From the human T2T-CHM13v2.0 reference genome, Homo sapiens: a stretch of 64,000 nt of DNA. The notes beneath the pieces were generated by a model that worked only from the letters and a program-made list of their open reading frames with translations, made no database searches and was not told the origin of the DNA. Made by a program: the position numbers and the translations under genes. This document shows positions 18,025 to 31,295 of this stretch, piece after piece (position 1 is the stretch's first letter; every line of letters begins with the position of its first letter). The stretch lies in assembly GCF_009914755.1 (NCBI RefSeq), contig NC_060931.1; one strand, given 5' to 3'.

Positions 18025-19783
18025 TGATCAGGTTTAAATATAGTTTTATATATAATAATAAGTGTTGATTTCTCAAAACTAAAAGGATGACATGTACCCC
18101 TCTAATATGAAACCTCTGCTTTGGGTTTTTTGTGTGTTTGTTCATTTTGTTGGTTTTCTTCTCTCTCTTTTTTTTTTTTTGGCTGCACAAATAAATACTC
18201 ACTCCTGGGTCAAACTTGAGATAAGTGCATATTGATTTTATTTTTAACTGACATGAGGCCATTTCTGCCCACGCTCTTGATGCTTAGTAAAACATGAACG
18301 AGCCTGTTAAAGCAACATGCAGGAGATGGAGAAGTTCGGCCACATGCCCATTGCTTTCCTGCGAGTGGCAGGAGAGTCTTCTGTCACTGGGACCAGAATG
18401 TGCCTAGAGGCAGGAAATCTCAACACGACTGTGAGATCAGACCACAATCCACAAAGCGCTGCTGTTTCTCTCAAAGGCAGGTTCTCAGGCTGAGCCGTAG
18501 ATTTGGAGAAAGCACCCCTCACCCAGCTCCACATCTGTGTGTCTGCGTGCACACGTGTGTAAAACATGGTGTATGTGTTCTCAAACATTCACGAAATTAG
18601 AAATGTTGAGAGAGATGAAAATAAATATAAAAATACTGCTGTGATACATTTTTCTTGCCGCACCCACAACTGGACTGTGTACATGGGCCCTCTTTAGGAG
18701 ACTACTGTTTTAAAGAGTAAATGACAAAATTAAAGTCCTTTTTTTTTTTATTCCATGCATATTTTGATAGGCAGGACAGGAAGCTTGAGGCCATGTGGAT
18801 TTTGTAGTTTTATACAAGAGCATTCTTATTTTTAGTAGAACACCAATGAACATAAAGAGAGAAAACCTTGTTCATATACAATGTGTGGTTCCAAATGTTC
18901 TTATTGAAGACTTGAGACCTAGATTGGCATTAGGAATTTTTAATGTAATCATAACTTAAAATTAGTCACCTTGATGGCTGTCTTTGTCAGTGCTCCTCCT
19001 GGAGCACACTGACTTCTGTTGCTGTCTTTCTTCCCTTTGCTGCGCCTGGGTTCAGCCTGCTGCCACGAATACGGAGTCAAATTTTGCCTGCACACAGGCC
19101 CTCAGAAATCAGCTGGGCCGTTAGAGCCTGGTGCTTTCTGGATTGTTTTTCCCCCAGCTTGAATATGATTGAACATGAATGCCTTGTCAGAGCCGTCATC
19201 AGCTGAGGCATTCATAGTACGTAGGGATTTTTTTGGTGTCTTTAAAGAAGTGGTGTTCAGCCCTGGCTGTACACTAGAATCAGCTGGGGAGACTCTGGCA
19301 GTATAACCACCAGGCCCAACCCCCAGAAATTTCTGTTATGTTTGGTCTGGGTGGGATCAATGATTCTTAAAGAAAGAAAGAAAGAAAGAACGTTGCTCTG
19401 GCCCAGGTGATGCTGATTTGCAGTCAGGATTGGAAGTCACAGCTTTAAAGCATGGTCTTCCCCGTATTTGCTGAGGGCCTCTGAAACAGTGGCCCTGGGT
19501 TCTGCTTCCTATCAAGGGGCTGCATGTGTGTCCTGGGGCAAGTGGTGGTAAGCTTTGATTCCTAAGCCCTGATTTCTGATTTCTCTTTCTTTCCCCCATT
19601 AGAAGGATGAGATTATAAACACAGCTCCCTTCCTAAACATTAGGATCTCTCTTTTAGAGCAGTCAGCCTTTGAATATATACCAAGAACGGGGAAAGAATT
19701 CCAGTCATTCACAAAAAGGTTTCAAATGCTAAAAATGTTTCAAATGCTGCTTGGCAGTGATGTCACTGTCCTTCTCTTTCCAG

Positions 19784-19970
19784 TGAGTGTTGCAGAGAGC
19801 TGCTGGACACAGTGGATAACTATGCCGTCCTCCAGCTGGATATAGTGTGGTGTTACTTCCGCCTGGAACAGCTGGAATGCCTTGATGATGCAGAAAAAAA
19901 ATTAAACTTGGCCCAGAAATGCTTTAAAAATTGTTACGGAGAAAATCATCAGAGACTGGTCCACATAAAA
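19784..19970 (+). CDS. NUB1: NUB1 exon: [25 protein letters not shown]...RLVHIK
   Basis: ctctttccag acceptor, gtatgt donor; 187 nt; overlaps ORF 19812-20198. Confidence 0.96.
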
Positions 19971-20705
19971 GTATGTTCCTGGAATTCATCTTATGTCTCG
20001 TTGAGTCCATTTCTAGCATTTGTGTTTATTCCTGTTAAAGTATTTGAACTACTGCCAGAAGGTGATTTCATTTTGATAGTAGTATGCAGTATAGTCTTTT
20101 TAAACTATATATTTATAAAGTGTTCAATGTTTTACAAATCTGGCTGTCTCTCTTACTTAGCGTGTGAGCATTTAGCCCAAGGGAACATGGTTTGCTAGTC
20201 ATAGAACCCCATCAGTGATCACCCTGACCAGGAGAGAGCTGCTGACTTCTTTATATCGGTAGAGTCTAATTTGCAAGATGTAAATGCAGAAAATAGACAT
20301 TTCAGCAGTAATGGTTTACGTGAATGAGTCACAGCTCAAGAGCTGTGGCTCGAGTAAGGATTTTTCTGATTTCCCCAAGTCATCAAAATCCTGCTGATGC
20401 AGACTCTCTGATACCTGGTTTGGATTTCTGCATACTTCTCTGCTGACCAGAAGGGCCACTGTGCTGCATGTCTGGAGGCTGGTGCCCTGACACTGACTCT
20501 CCTGTGTGGCATGAGGAATGTTATCATACCACAGGGGATGGGGAAGAGGGGGCTTCACTTTTGCCGTCAGTCATAGTGAAGCCATGGACATTTTAATACC
20601 TATCATGTTGCCCCTCTGGAGACCAAGGGAATGACAGAGATGAGTATTATAGACCTGTAATTAGAAATAAGGCAATTTTATCCTTTTTTTCTTCAATAAT
20701 TTTAG

Positions 20706-20813
20706 GGAAATTGTGGGAAAGAGAAGGTACTGTTTCTAAGACTCTACTTACTTCAAGGGATCCGAAACTATCACAGTGGAAATGATGTAGAGGCTTATGA
20801 GTATCTTAACAAG
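20706..20813 (+). CDS. NUB1: NUB1 exon: GNCGKEKVLFLRLYLLQGIRNYHSGNDVEAYEYLNK
   Basis: ttttag acceptor, gtaaga donor; 108 nt. Confidence 0.95.
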
Positions 20814-21579
20814 GTAAGAAAAGTAAAGTTGTAACCAATTTTCACCTCCTTTTAAAAAACATTCCCAGAAGTTAAGGATTTTAACTTAGTAGTTTGTGAC
20901 TTGTGAGAAACATGCCTGTGCTTTCTCCGTGCACAGGAGATGTTGAACCAGAAACATATTTGTATATGTTAGAGTACAGCCAGATGCTGTAATGAGACTT
21001 CAAAAAGACAGTGACTTTAATTGGATAGAAGTTTATGGCTCACTCATCTTGCCGTCTAGAGGTGAGCCAGGCCGGAGCAGTGAGCAGCCCGCCAGCCTCA
21101 GCGAGGCGTCCTAGGTTGCTCCTGTCAGTGCCTCTTCCAGCCAGCAGAGGGGGCAAGAGAGAGTCCAGAGCAGGCCACTGGAGAGATGACCCCGCAGCTG
21201 CACCCAGCGCTGTGGCTGCATGCCATTGACTTCGACTTCACTACCTGGCTACACCCAGCTGCAAGGGAGGGTGAGAAATGCCACGTGCACAGCTGAAATT
21301 CGGGGGCTTTTGTTGCAAAAACAAAGTGGTTACCAGTCACTTCTGCAACACCCAGCCTCTTACCTCGTGTTGTGCTGTGGCTAAGTTATGTGAGTAGAGG
21401 TAGTGTTGGTCTGTTTCCATTTGTACTTGTTAATAACAGGCCTAGTTTAGAGATTTTATCCAAAATCTGATGCCTTTTAATTCACATTGGATACAATCTA
21501 ATTTCTTTTAGGCTTTCACTTTGTATTAAGCTTTAAGTATTGCCGTGGTTACATGATTCTTACATTTCCCTGTCTCTAG

Positions 21580-22152
<573 letters not shown>

Positions 22153-22942
22153 GAAACTTGTCTTTTTCAATTGGATCATTTTTCACATGCTGCAGTCTCC
22201 TTAGTTTTGTTTCCTGCTGTGGTGGCAAACGGTCCCCTCTCTCTCTTTCTTTAACACCATAGTGTATTTCTGGAAGTCATTTTAAAAACAAAATTGTTTC
22301 TTCATGAGGTCATTATTAAAGTTGGGGATTGCATCCTTGCCTAGAAACATAAGTCAAATCATAGAAACAAGTTGTATTATATTATGAAAGCACAGGTTAA
22401 AAAACTATAATCATTTGAAACAATTAAGTACATTAAAGAAAACCTTAGAATTTTGGAGTTGGAAGCATCCTTATTCTATCCAATATGTTCTGCAGTGAAA
22501 GAACTGAGGTCTAGAGGGCGGTCATGGTGGAATATTAGCAGGAGAGCCATTTTTCTTCTTGCCAAAACAAGAAGTTGGTACTAGATTATCTCACAGGTCC
22601 TTTCTAGCTGTAAACTCCAGCCATAGAAGTCTCTAGAATCTTCACATGTATGTTACCTCGTTTCCCTTTTTGCTAAACACTAGGATAATCCTGAAGGAAA
22701 AAAGCAGCCTCAGGGGTATTTGGATGGGAGCAGGAAAGCCCCGTGGTTGTTTGCCTACCTGATGCCAGAGAGGGAGTGGATTCGTGGGTTCATTCCGTGG
22801 TGAGCAGTCACAGGGTTTCTCCTTTTACAACACCAGCTGTGGTCATTACCTTTCTCTCTTGCCTAGTCCAATCGTGGTCCTTTGGGTCTTGCTATAGAAG
22901 TCAATGAGTAGGTAAAGGCAGAGACTTTGAAAAGCTGAGTTC

Positions 22943-23232
22943 TTTTTTTTTTTTTTATTCCAGAGTCTCACTCTGTCACCCAGGCTGGAGTGCAGTGGCG
23001 TGATCACTGCAACCTCTGCCTCCCAGGTTCAAGTGATTCTTCTGCCTTAGCCTTCTAAGTAGCTGGAATTACAGGTGCCCACCACCACGCCCAGCTTTAC
23101 TTTTTGTATTTTTAGTAGAGATGGGGTTTTACCAATTTGGCCAGGCTGGTCTCGAACTCCTGACCTCAAGTGATCCTCCCGCCTTGGCCTCCCAAAGTGC
23201 TGGGATCACAGGTGTGAGCCACTGCGACCAGC
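22943..23232 (-). mobile_element. AluS
   Basis: TSD gaaaag(c/t)tgagttct. Confidence 0.9.
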
Positions 23233-23355
23233 TGAAAAGTTGAGTTCTGTGTGTTTGAGTTTTACATGGTCTAATTCAGTACTAACAGAAAAATGAACAT
23301 TGCTGATACTGATTTATTGCTTTACTATTACTCCACTACCAGTAAGATTTTATTA

Positions 23356-23676
23356 TTTTTATTTTTATTTATTTTTTCCTTTAATTTTATTTTATTATTA
23401 TTATACTTTTAAGTTTTAGGGTACATGTGCACAATGTGCAGGTTAGTTACATATGTATACATGTGCCATGCTGGTGCGCTGCACCCATTAACTCGTCATT
23501 TAGCATTAGGTATATCTCCTAAAGCTATCCCTCCCCCCTCCCCCCACCCCACAACAGTCCCCAGAGTGTGATGTCCCCCTTCCTGTGTCCACGTGTTCTC
23601 ATTGTTCAATTCCCACCTGTGAGTGAGAATATGCGGTGTTTGGTTTTTTGTTCTTGCGATAGTTTACTGAGAATGA
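23356..23676 (-). mobile_element. 5'-truncated young L1PA (about L1PA3) 3' end with 15-bp TSD
   Basis: Near-consensus L1 3' UTR with G-tract; GAG rather than Ta-diagnostic ACA; TSD agtaagattttatta at 23341 and about 23677. Confidence 0.9.
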
Positions 23677-24004
23677 AGTAAGATTTTATTAGCATCTGGA
23701 AAGCTAGTGTTTTAAAATGAGATCATTTGGAAAACAGTTCTCATCACTGTATAAGACTATAGTTCATAAAACATTGTCACACTCATGTCATTCACTTCTG
23801 CCTGTGACCAGCCGAGAGGCCACAGGACAGGTACTTCTCATCTTACACATGGGAAGAGCTGTTGCTCAGAGGTGGTCTTTTAAAGTATAGTGGAGTCATA
23901 TCACTTGTACATTTCTGAAGTTAAAAGCCCTTGGAGAAAATGCAAATAAAAAAACCAGTGTATATAGTGCAGTTGATCCTTCTCCCTCTTCCACCCAACA
24001 GATG

Positions 24005-24480
24005 TTGTTAGTTACGATGCTTTTGGCTGAAAGCAACAACAACAACAAAAAACCCAAAATGGCCTAAACATCAAAACAAGGGATGTGGTGGGATTTATTG
24101 GCCGTTTACTTGTAAAAAGTCCAGAAGTAGGATAGGTCTCAGGGTTAGGTGATTCATTCAGTGGCTTACTGATGTCACTGAGGACCTGAGGTCTGTCTTT
24201 TACCCCCACCCCCCCACCCCATGTCATCAGTGTCATCCAGTCACAACAAGGGCCATAATCTGTGTCCCAGAATCCTCAGGGAAAATCCTGAGCTTCTTGT
24301 GATTGGGCAGCCTTGAACCTGTCACTGAGGCTGGAGGAACGCCAAGACTGGCTCAGGCCTGTGGCAAGAGATAGAGGGTTGCCACCTTAGCCCATTCAGG
24401 GGCCACCTGGGGAGCTGGAGCAGCCTCCCACACCTCAGGGAGGGGTAGAATGGGTGCTGGAAAGACAAAAACAATGTCCC
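24005..24480. mobile_element. MaLR MLT1-type LTR remnant
   Basis: gcttttggctgaaagcaac...aaatggcctaaac...aaaagtccagaagtagg. Confidence 0.55.
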
Positions 24481-24597
24481 ACAGAAAGTGAGCTCCTATC
24501 GGAGCTTTAGATGAGCAAGAGAAATCTGCTGCCCTCGGAGTTCCAACGTTCTAGGTATGAGCATCTGACTGAGCTGAATGTAAAACAATTCGTTCAT

Positions 24598-24853
24598 GTT
24601 TTTGTTTGAGACAGAGCCTTGCTCTCTTGTCCAGGCTGGAGGGCAGTGGCGTGATTATGGCTCACTGCAACCTTGATCTCCCGGGCTCCAATGATCCTCC
24701 TGCCAAGAGCTCTCGGCTGATTTTTATTTTTTTGTAGAAATGGGGTCTCACCATGTTGCCCAGGCCAGTCTCAAAACTCCTGGGTTCAAGCAGTCCTCCC
24801 ACCTTGGCCTCCCAAGGTGCTGGGATTACAGGTGTGAGCCACTGCACCCAGCC
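24598..24853 (-). mobile_element. AluJ (internally deleted)
   Basis: Alu consensus with part of one arm missing. Confidence 0.8.
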
Positions 24854-26942
24854 TTTAATACATAATTATTAAAAGTTTATATTTTTTGTGCAATATGGCC
24901 CTGAGTACAGACCAGTTTCTCATCTGAGAAAAGCAACAGCTGTAGAAACGGAGCTCACAGATCATGCTTCGGCATGGCCAGGCCGTGAGACGTAGCCTTC
25001 CTAAGAGGCCATCCCAGCTTGTTGTGACCATACAGTGCCTCTCTCTTGAGATCTGATTCTACTTAACTGTAGCCACTTCAGTGCAGTACTCACTGTCATT
25101 GATTTGATCTACTTTATCTTTCTAACTCATCTTAGTATAAAGAGAAATTTCAGAAAATAATGTTCTCACACGTGTTTACATGATTAAAAGGAAACAGACT
25201 AAGACATTTGTAATGAAAGGAAGTATTCTTCGAAGCTCCCAGTTGGTGTGAGGTCTGTGTTAGGTAATGCCCAGGTCCGCTGGCTGGCAGCGTCCTTCTC
25301 TGTGCTTGGATGTTAGGTGCGCTTCTTAGCCTTTTGGAATATAAATGGAAGAAACTGTATTGAAAGCAGAGGATGGGGCCAGTAAAGGCATTTTACATGG
25401 AGTATGTGTAAATAAAAGTGCAAATGTGAGTGGTATGAAAGACTCCTGCTGGCGTGTGTGGTTGGGGTGGTGTGGCAGGATAAGGTCAGTTTCGAAGCAT
25501 TGTTGGGGCCAGGGAGTGGGGGCCCTGAGTAGCAGAATAAGGAGCTGGTGCCTCAGTGTGGGGAGGTGGTCAGGAGCTGCTGCGGGCTTTCAGGTAGGTG
25601 ACTGGAATGACGGAGCCTGCTGCCCTGTGCAGCGGGGCTGGAGCTGGGGGAGACTGGCCACTGAGAGGTAGAGCACGTAATGGGGGCATGAGACAGGCCT
25701 GGTGCAGCTGAAGGGGAAGCAAAGGGAGCTGGCGCTGTGGGCACTCCAGGGCCACACCAGGAGGTTCTCCTGTGATAGAGACAGGCCATGAGTCTACAGA
25801 TGTCTTCATCCCTGGAGATGTTTCCAGCAGCCACTCTGTTCTGCCTGCTCCTACTGTGGGGCCTGTGGAGTCTGGTTCCACAATGATGATGCTTTTGTTT
25901 TCCTAAGAGATGAGGCCGCTTTCCTGCTGTGGGGAAAATGCAGGGAGGCGCCTGTTGCCTGGGCTGGGCAGGAGGCAGGATCAGGTCTCTGGAAGGAAGG
26001 AGTCTGTTTTCTCCCCCGTCCTCGCTGCTGCTGATGGTGGGGCTGGTCTCCCCGGGAGAATGTAGCAAGTCACTTAACTTTGTTGAAAGCTTTCTGTCTC
26101 CTTGTTGGGAAAATAATGAGGTTGGATTAAATTCCTGGTTTTCAAACTTGCTTTGTTGTTGTTGTTTTTAAGCAGCAAAATCCCCTTTTTAAATGACATT
26201 TTTATGGGGATACTAGTTTACAAAATAAATTGGGAACTCTCCTGATTGGCCCTGGGTGGGAGAGGTGAAGAGACTAGAACCCTCTGCAGCTGTCCTGCGC
26301 TCCTGCAGCAATAGCAGGCAACTCTGAGAAACAGGGTTGAGAACCAAGAGGTTAGATGACCTTTGTCTCTGGGCACTCTGTGGGTTCCGAATGGAATGAC
26401 AGGCCTCAGAAGGCCCTGGAGTCCTTGCTCCCCAGGCTGTGGGGGGCGGGTCACCAGCTTTGGCATTGCCCAGGAGCCCCTGATTCCACATCACATTTTA
26501 ACTTGAATCCCTGGGCGATTCATCGAAGGCTGGAAGGCCTTCCCACCGCGTGCAGAAGCTCTCCTACCCGGTTCCTACCTGGTTCCTAGAAGAGAATCCA
26601 TGCACCTCACACCCGCGACCTCTGCAGTGGGAGTGCTGGGTTGGCGAGCAGCCCATCCTGATGCCGGATGGTGGATGGCGGGGCTGGCGAGGCACCTCCT
26701 TCCTGCCCCACGGGCATCTCACTTCCACTGCCTGCCTCAGAAGCAGCACTTCCACCACCCCTCTGCCTCTGTGGCACCTCTGCCATTTGGCTGGGTGAGG
26801 AGAGGTAGAAAGAGGGCCCCCTGTGCTTTGCTTTGGTTTTTTGGCTTTGCCTGGAAATGCGGAGAATCCTGCAGAGCGCAGACTGAGAGGCTGTGAAATC
26901 TCAGTCCCTAACTTGGGATGGGACTTTGCTGTTTTCCTAAAG

Positions 26943-27089
26943 GAACTGGCCCAAATAAGGAAGGAGGAAAAAGAGAAGAAAAGACGCCGCCTCGAGAACA
27001 TCAGGTTTCTGAAAGGGATGGGCTACTCCACGCACGCGGCCCAGCAGGTACTCCACGCAGCCAGCGGGAACTTGGATGAGGCCCTGAAG
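26943..27089 (+). CDS. NUB1: NUB1 exon with basic NLS-like run (KEKKRRR) and UBA2; donor at 27089 gives NUB1L, internal donor at 27047 gives short NUB1
   Basis: ttcctaaag acceptor; two GT donors 42 nt apart encoding VLHAASGNLDEALK; MGY UBA loop. Confidence 0.95.
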
Positions 27090-28693
27090 GTAGCAGCTCC
27101 CTCGGGGCCTCTGGCCTTGTCCCTGAGCAGTGGGTCCTGCCCAGAGCTCCCTCCATGGCTCTCCAGCATCCTCCCGGGCTCACTCCTATGGGCTGCCCCG
27201 TCATCCGGATCTGAAGGGCAGGTTTCTCCTGGGCTCCAGCCCAGACACAGGCTGCGTGAGGCCACGTGAGGCCCCATGCTCAGTGCTTGGCCCAGGCCTG
27301 GCTCCAAAACGTGGTGCCTGTCCACACCAGCACAGTCCACAGGCCAGGACTTTGTGTAGGGTTTCTGTGTGCAGCAGAGTTTAGTGAAACAGGCAGTTTC
27401 CACGGCAGAAAAAAGAGAATGGGAATTCAACTTGTAGTATAATTGTTTGGCATTAAAATTTTAAATGTAAGTATCTAGTTTTATTTATTTAGTCCATCGT
27501 ACATGTTGGCAAAGGGAGAGCTTTTCAAAGAACCCCTCAGGAGTGACAGCAGGTTGGGATCCAGACAGCAGTGACTTTACCTGGGCCACTTCCTTCCCAG
27601 TGTTGGAGAAGCATATCGAATCCTCAGTAGGGCAGGTGCTGCGCTGCGTCTCAGCAGCTTGGCATGGAACCACCCTCTGCCCTCTTGGCCCCGCAGGTCA
27701 GTGAGAGACAAACTCAGAGCACACGTGGTGGGGGGTCCCGAGGGGGTGCACAGGAGGCAGGGGGCTGGCTGTGTGGAGGCAGCAGTCCAGACAGATGCTG
27801 GGGCAGCGCGGCGGGCAGGAAGCGGAGTGGTAGGAGCTGGCTTAGGTTGTGCACGTGCTGGGGGCGGGGCTGGGGGGACAGAGATGGGGTTGGAGGGGGT
27901 GGGGTGCAGGGCAGGTGTCCTCGTTTGCCCTGCTGAGGCGGGTGTGGGTGCAGCAGGCACGGGGAGTCCACCCTGCCTTTGCCTCTTATCCCTGCCCTGT
28001 TCCCCGGAAGGCTCCACAAGTCAGTACTTTTGTAACTATGTACATGTATATTTAACATATACGTTAAATTTTAAATTTTTATTTGAATATCATCTAGTTT
28101 GTTTTTTTGTGTGTTGGAGAAATATTAAGAGGTGGGAAATTCTGAATATTCGAAGGGACTGATGGGTCTCAAAATAGATGTGAATTATACGAGTGGCACA
28201 AAAATACTTCCAGTCAAAATGGAAGTACTGAGTGTTGGAAAGGAAAGTCTCCACAGGGTCTTTGAAGATTAAGTATTGTGTGATGAAGAAATCAAGGGTC
28301 AAAATAACCCTACTACCTGCCTGACATTTTAAGTCTAGAGGGCATGACGCTTTCAAAGATCAATCAGGCAGCCCTGAGCTGCTTGAGACCTTTCTGTCTG
28401 TAGCTCTGACAAAACCTGTTTTCTTGGATGCTGCTTCCACCTGCTCTCCATCCCTTCCTGCTCTAACAGAAGGGATCTTTTCCCTGACTAGTCTTGCTCC
28501 TCCTTCAAACCCCAGCTGTCCTGGTCTCTGGCTGGAAGCCTTCTGTGAACACCAGCCTGAGTGGGAGCCCCTTTCTCTGCCTCATAGCAGCAGAGGACGG
28601 CGGGGTCTGCCTAGCACATGGCAGGGTGCAGCGCCTGTCTGAATGTGTGAAGAGTTCTTAGTGATGGGTAAAGGGTGTTCCTGTGTGTTTTAG

Positions 28694-28789
28694 ATTCTGC
28701 TCAGCAATCCTCAGATGTGGTGGTTAAATGATTCCAATCCTGAAACCGACAACCGTCAAGAAAGTCCTTCCCAGGAAAACATTGACCGA
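28694..28789 (+). CDS. NUB1: NUB1 exon: ILLSNPQMWWLNDSNPETDNRQESPSQENIDR
   Basis: gttttag acceptor, gtgagt donor; 96 nt. Confidence 0.95.
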
Positions 28790-29479
28790 GTGAGTGACAG
28801 GCCTTTGTGCCCTCAGCTTGGACAGCCTCGGGTGGGGTTGCTTGGGGTAACCCGGGTGAATCAGGCAGCAGGACTGGGGGAGTCCGTGCTGAAACCTTGG
28901 CTCCCAGGCTCCAGGTGTAACCTGCCCACCTCAGAGGCCACCCACGCAGTAACAGAGGGCAGGGGAGGCCTCCTTGGAAAGCAGGAAAACTGGGGAAGTG
29001 TCAGGAAGTTCTCTTTAGGTTTGCTGCCTTTGTCTATGCACCACTGTTTGCATCAGCCTCATTTCTCTGCCTGTGACCTAAAAGGATGGCACTGTGACCT
29101 GGGAAACCCATCCAGCTTTGTATCCCAAGTGACGGCTCTGTCCACATTTGTGCCCCTACACGCGTTAGCACGCCTGTATGCTGTGGCCACTGACCTCGCG
29201 GTGCTCGTGGTGAGGCTGGTGTGGCGCCCTGCTCTCAGCCCGAGGTCACTGCCTGTCCTGAGATGGCTGCTCCCTGACGCACCCGACTTGAGTCTTCCAA
29301 GCCCCCTTCCAGGTTGCTCTACGCTCACATTGCACAGAAGCATGACTTGTGCACAAAGGGCCATGGTGCACACGCCGGGAGCTCTTAAACATGAGAGTCG
29401 GCTGTCCACTCGTATGGCTGACGGGGGTGGCAGAAGAGGCGCCAGGGGCTGATGCTGTGACCCCTGCGCTCTCCCCTAG

Positions 29480-29657
29480 TTGGTGTACATGGGTTTTGAT
29501 GCACTCGTGGCCGAAGCTGCGCTGAGAGTGTTCAGAGGCAACGTCCAGCTGGCCGCCCAGACCCTTGCTCACAACGGAGGAAGCCTGCCTCCCGAGCTGC
29601 CGCTGTCGCCAGAAGACTCTTTGTCCCCGCCAGCCACGTCCCCTTCTGACTCCGCAG
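29480..29657 (+). CDS. NUB1: NUB1 exon with UBA3 and PEST start: LVYMGFDALVAEAALRVFRGNVQLAAQTL...SDSA
   Basis: ctcccctag acceptor, gtaggt donor; 178 nt; MGF UBA motif. Confidence 0.96.
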
Positions 29658-29892
29658 GTAGGTCTGAGGTCTTTGAGGGCCGCATTGAGAGCAAAGTGTC
29701 TTCAGAAGCCAACAGATGTGGCCCTAAGCCACGGCAGATGTGGAGACTGAGGGGGCGTCCCCTGACGTCACCGGCCCGGCCACCTGGACAGTGTGGCCAG
29801 CAAGAGGCACAGTCTGAGGTTGACTGTGGTCGTGCAGTGTCCCCAGGACAATCCTCACATAATTCACTTACTCCTGCGGTATTTTATTGTAG

Positions 29893-30071
29893 GAACCTCT
29901 AGTGCCTCAACAGACGAAGACATGGAGACAGAGGCCGTCAATGAGATACTGGAAGACATTCCAGAGCATGAGGAAGACTATCTTGACTCAACTCTGGAAG
30001 ATGAAGAAATTATTATTGCAGAGTACCTATCCTATGTAGAAAATAGGAAGTCAGCGACAAAGAAAAACTAA
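29893..30071 (+). CDS. NUB1: NUB1 last coding exon: [14 protein letters not shown]...RKSATKKN*
   Basis: ttgtag acceptor; TAA at 30069-30071; the 13 exons total 1731 nt = 576 aa + stop. Confidence 0.96.
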
Positions 30072-31295
30072 ATAATGAACAGAAATAGCGCTAATTTTCT
30101 GCTTATAAATGCTATCATTATGAAAAGGCTAATGCAGCTCTTTCTGTTCTTACTTTTTATCTGAATTACAAGTCCTCTTTGGGTGTAGGAGGGGGTGGGC
30201 AGGGGACAAGTCCAGGAGGGGTCCCAGGGCCTTCATGCGTGGTCTCGGGGAAGAAGCTTCCTCTGGCCTGGCGCAGGCCGTTCCATCTGCCTCCCAGGTC
30301 TGCGTCCCTAACCCCTTCCCCAGCTTGGTGTTTTACCCCGAAACAGGAAGGAACAGGGGTCCTGTAGAACAGGGGTCCTGGGGAAGGTGTCCAGGGCAGG
30401 GTCCTGGGAAGGGTGTCCCGACCGCTTCCTCTCCAGCTGTGGCTCCATCTGCCCAGCTTGCCTGCCTCCTGCACCCACTGCCCTGACCTTCCTGCTTCCC
30501 ACGCTGCCATCTCTGCCAGGGTGCCACATGGGTTCCTGTGCCACCCTTTCCCCGCCCCTCAAATCGTCCTTTAAGTCTTCCTTCCAAGTGCTGTGGGGCA
30601 TAACGATGAGGCGCTGGCCTTGGGGGCCACACCAGGTCGCAGCAAATGGCTTCAGCCTGGGACGCCAGTGTTTTATGCTCTTAGTTCAGTAAAATACGCC
30701 CCCGAAATTCAAGATTGAGTGTCAGGCTTTATATATATTCAGCATTCCTCATTACAGAAATCTTCTATTGAATGGGAAAGGTTTAAATGCTAACCAAAGC
30801 AATTTATTTTTAATTAATATTTTTAGACTCTGTGCTGTCATACTGAACTCACTGCTAGCTAAGAGACCTATCAGAGATTTAGATATATTTTCTCCAGGTT
30901 TTTTGTGGGTTTTCTTTGTTGTTGTTGTTGTTCTAGCCATGTGACAGAGGCTCTTTCTAAAAGTATGTAGTTCGCTGTGTGTCGGCTCCAGCAGTAACCG
31001 TCCTCACTGCGCCACGCACTCCTCTGTAGATGTGTGCCCAGTGGGAGTTCCTTCCAGCCCCAGGACCGCAGCAGCAGCCAGGTGCCGAGTGGATTGAGTG
31101 CCAGGTGCATCCAAGACTTTCCCTCCCTTCCAGAAGGCACTGACTGAAGACAGGATGGATCATGCGGAGCCGGCTGAAATGCTCCAACTTTTTCAAAGTG
31201 TGGGTGGTCCAGTTTGGACTGATGGGAATCTTCTTGTCATTCTTTTTAAACGGATGATACCGATGGAAATAAAAGGTGGGAAATATATTCAAAAA
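30072..31295 (+). other. NUB1: NUB1 3' UTR (about 1.2 kb)
   Basis: Runs from the stop codon to the first downstream canonical AATAAA; end approximate. Confidence 0.75.
31268..31273 (+). terminator. NUB1 polyadenylation signal AATAAA
   Basis: AATAAA followed by a U-rich tract (taattttgcattaattt) about 35-50 nt downstream. Confidence 0.8.

Noticed and set aside
28715-29452. 245-aa ORF starting in a NUB1 exon
   Set aside because: Exon read-through into the intron past a consensus gtgagt donor; the downstream part has no recognisable domain
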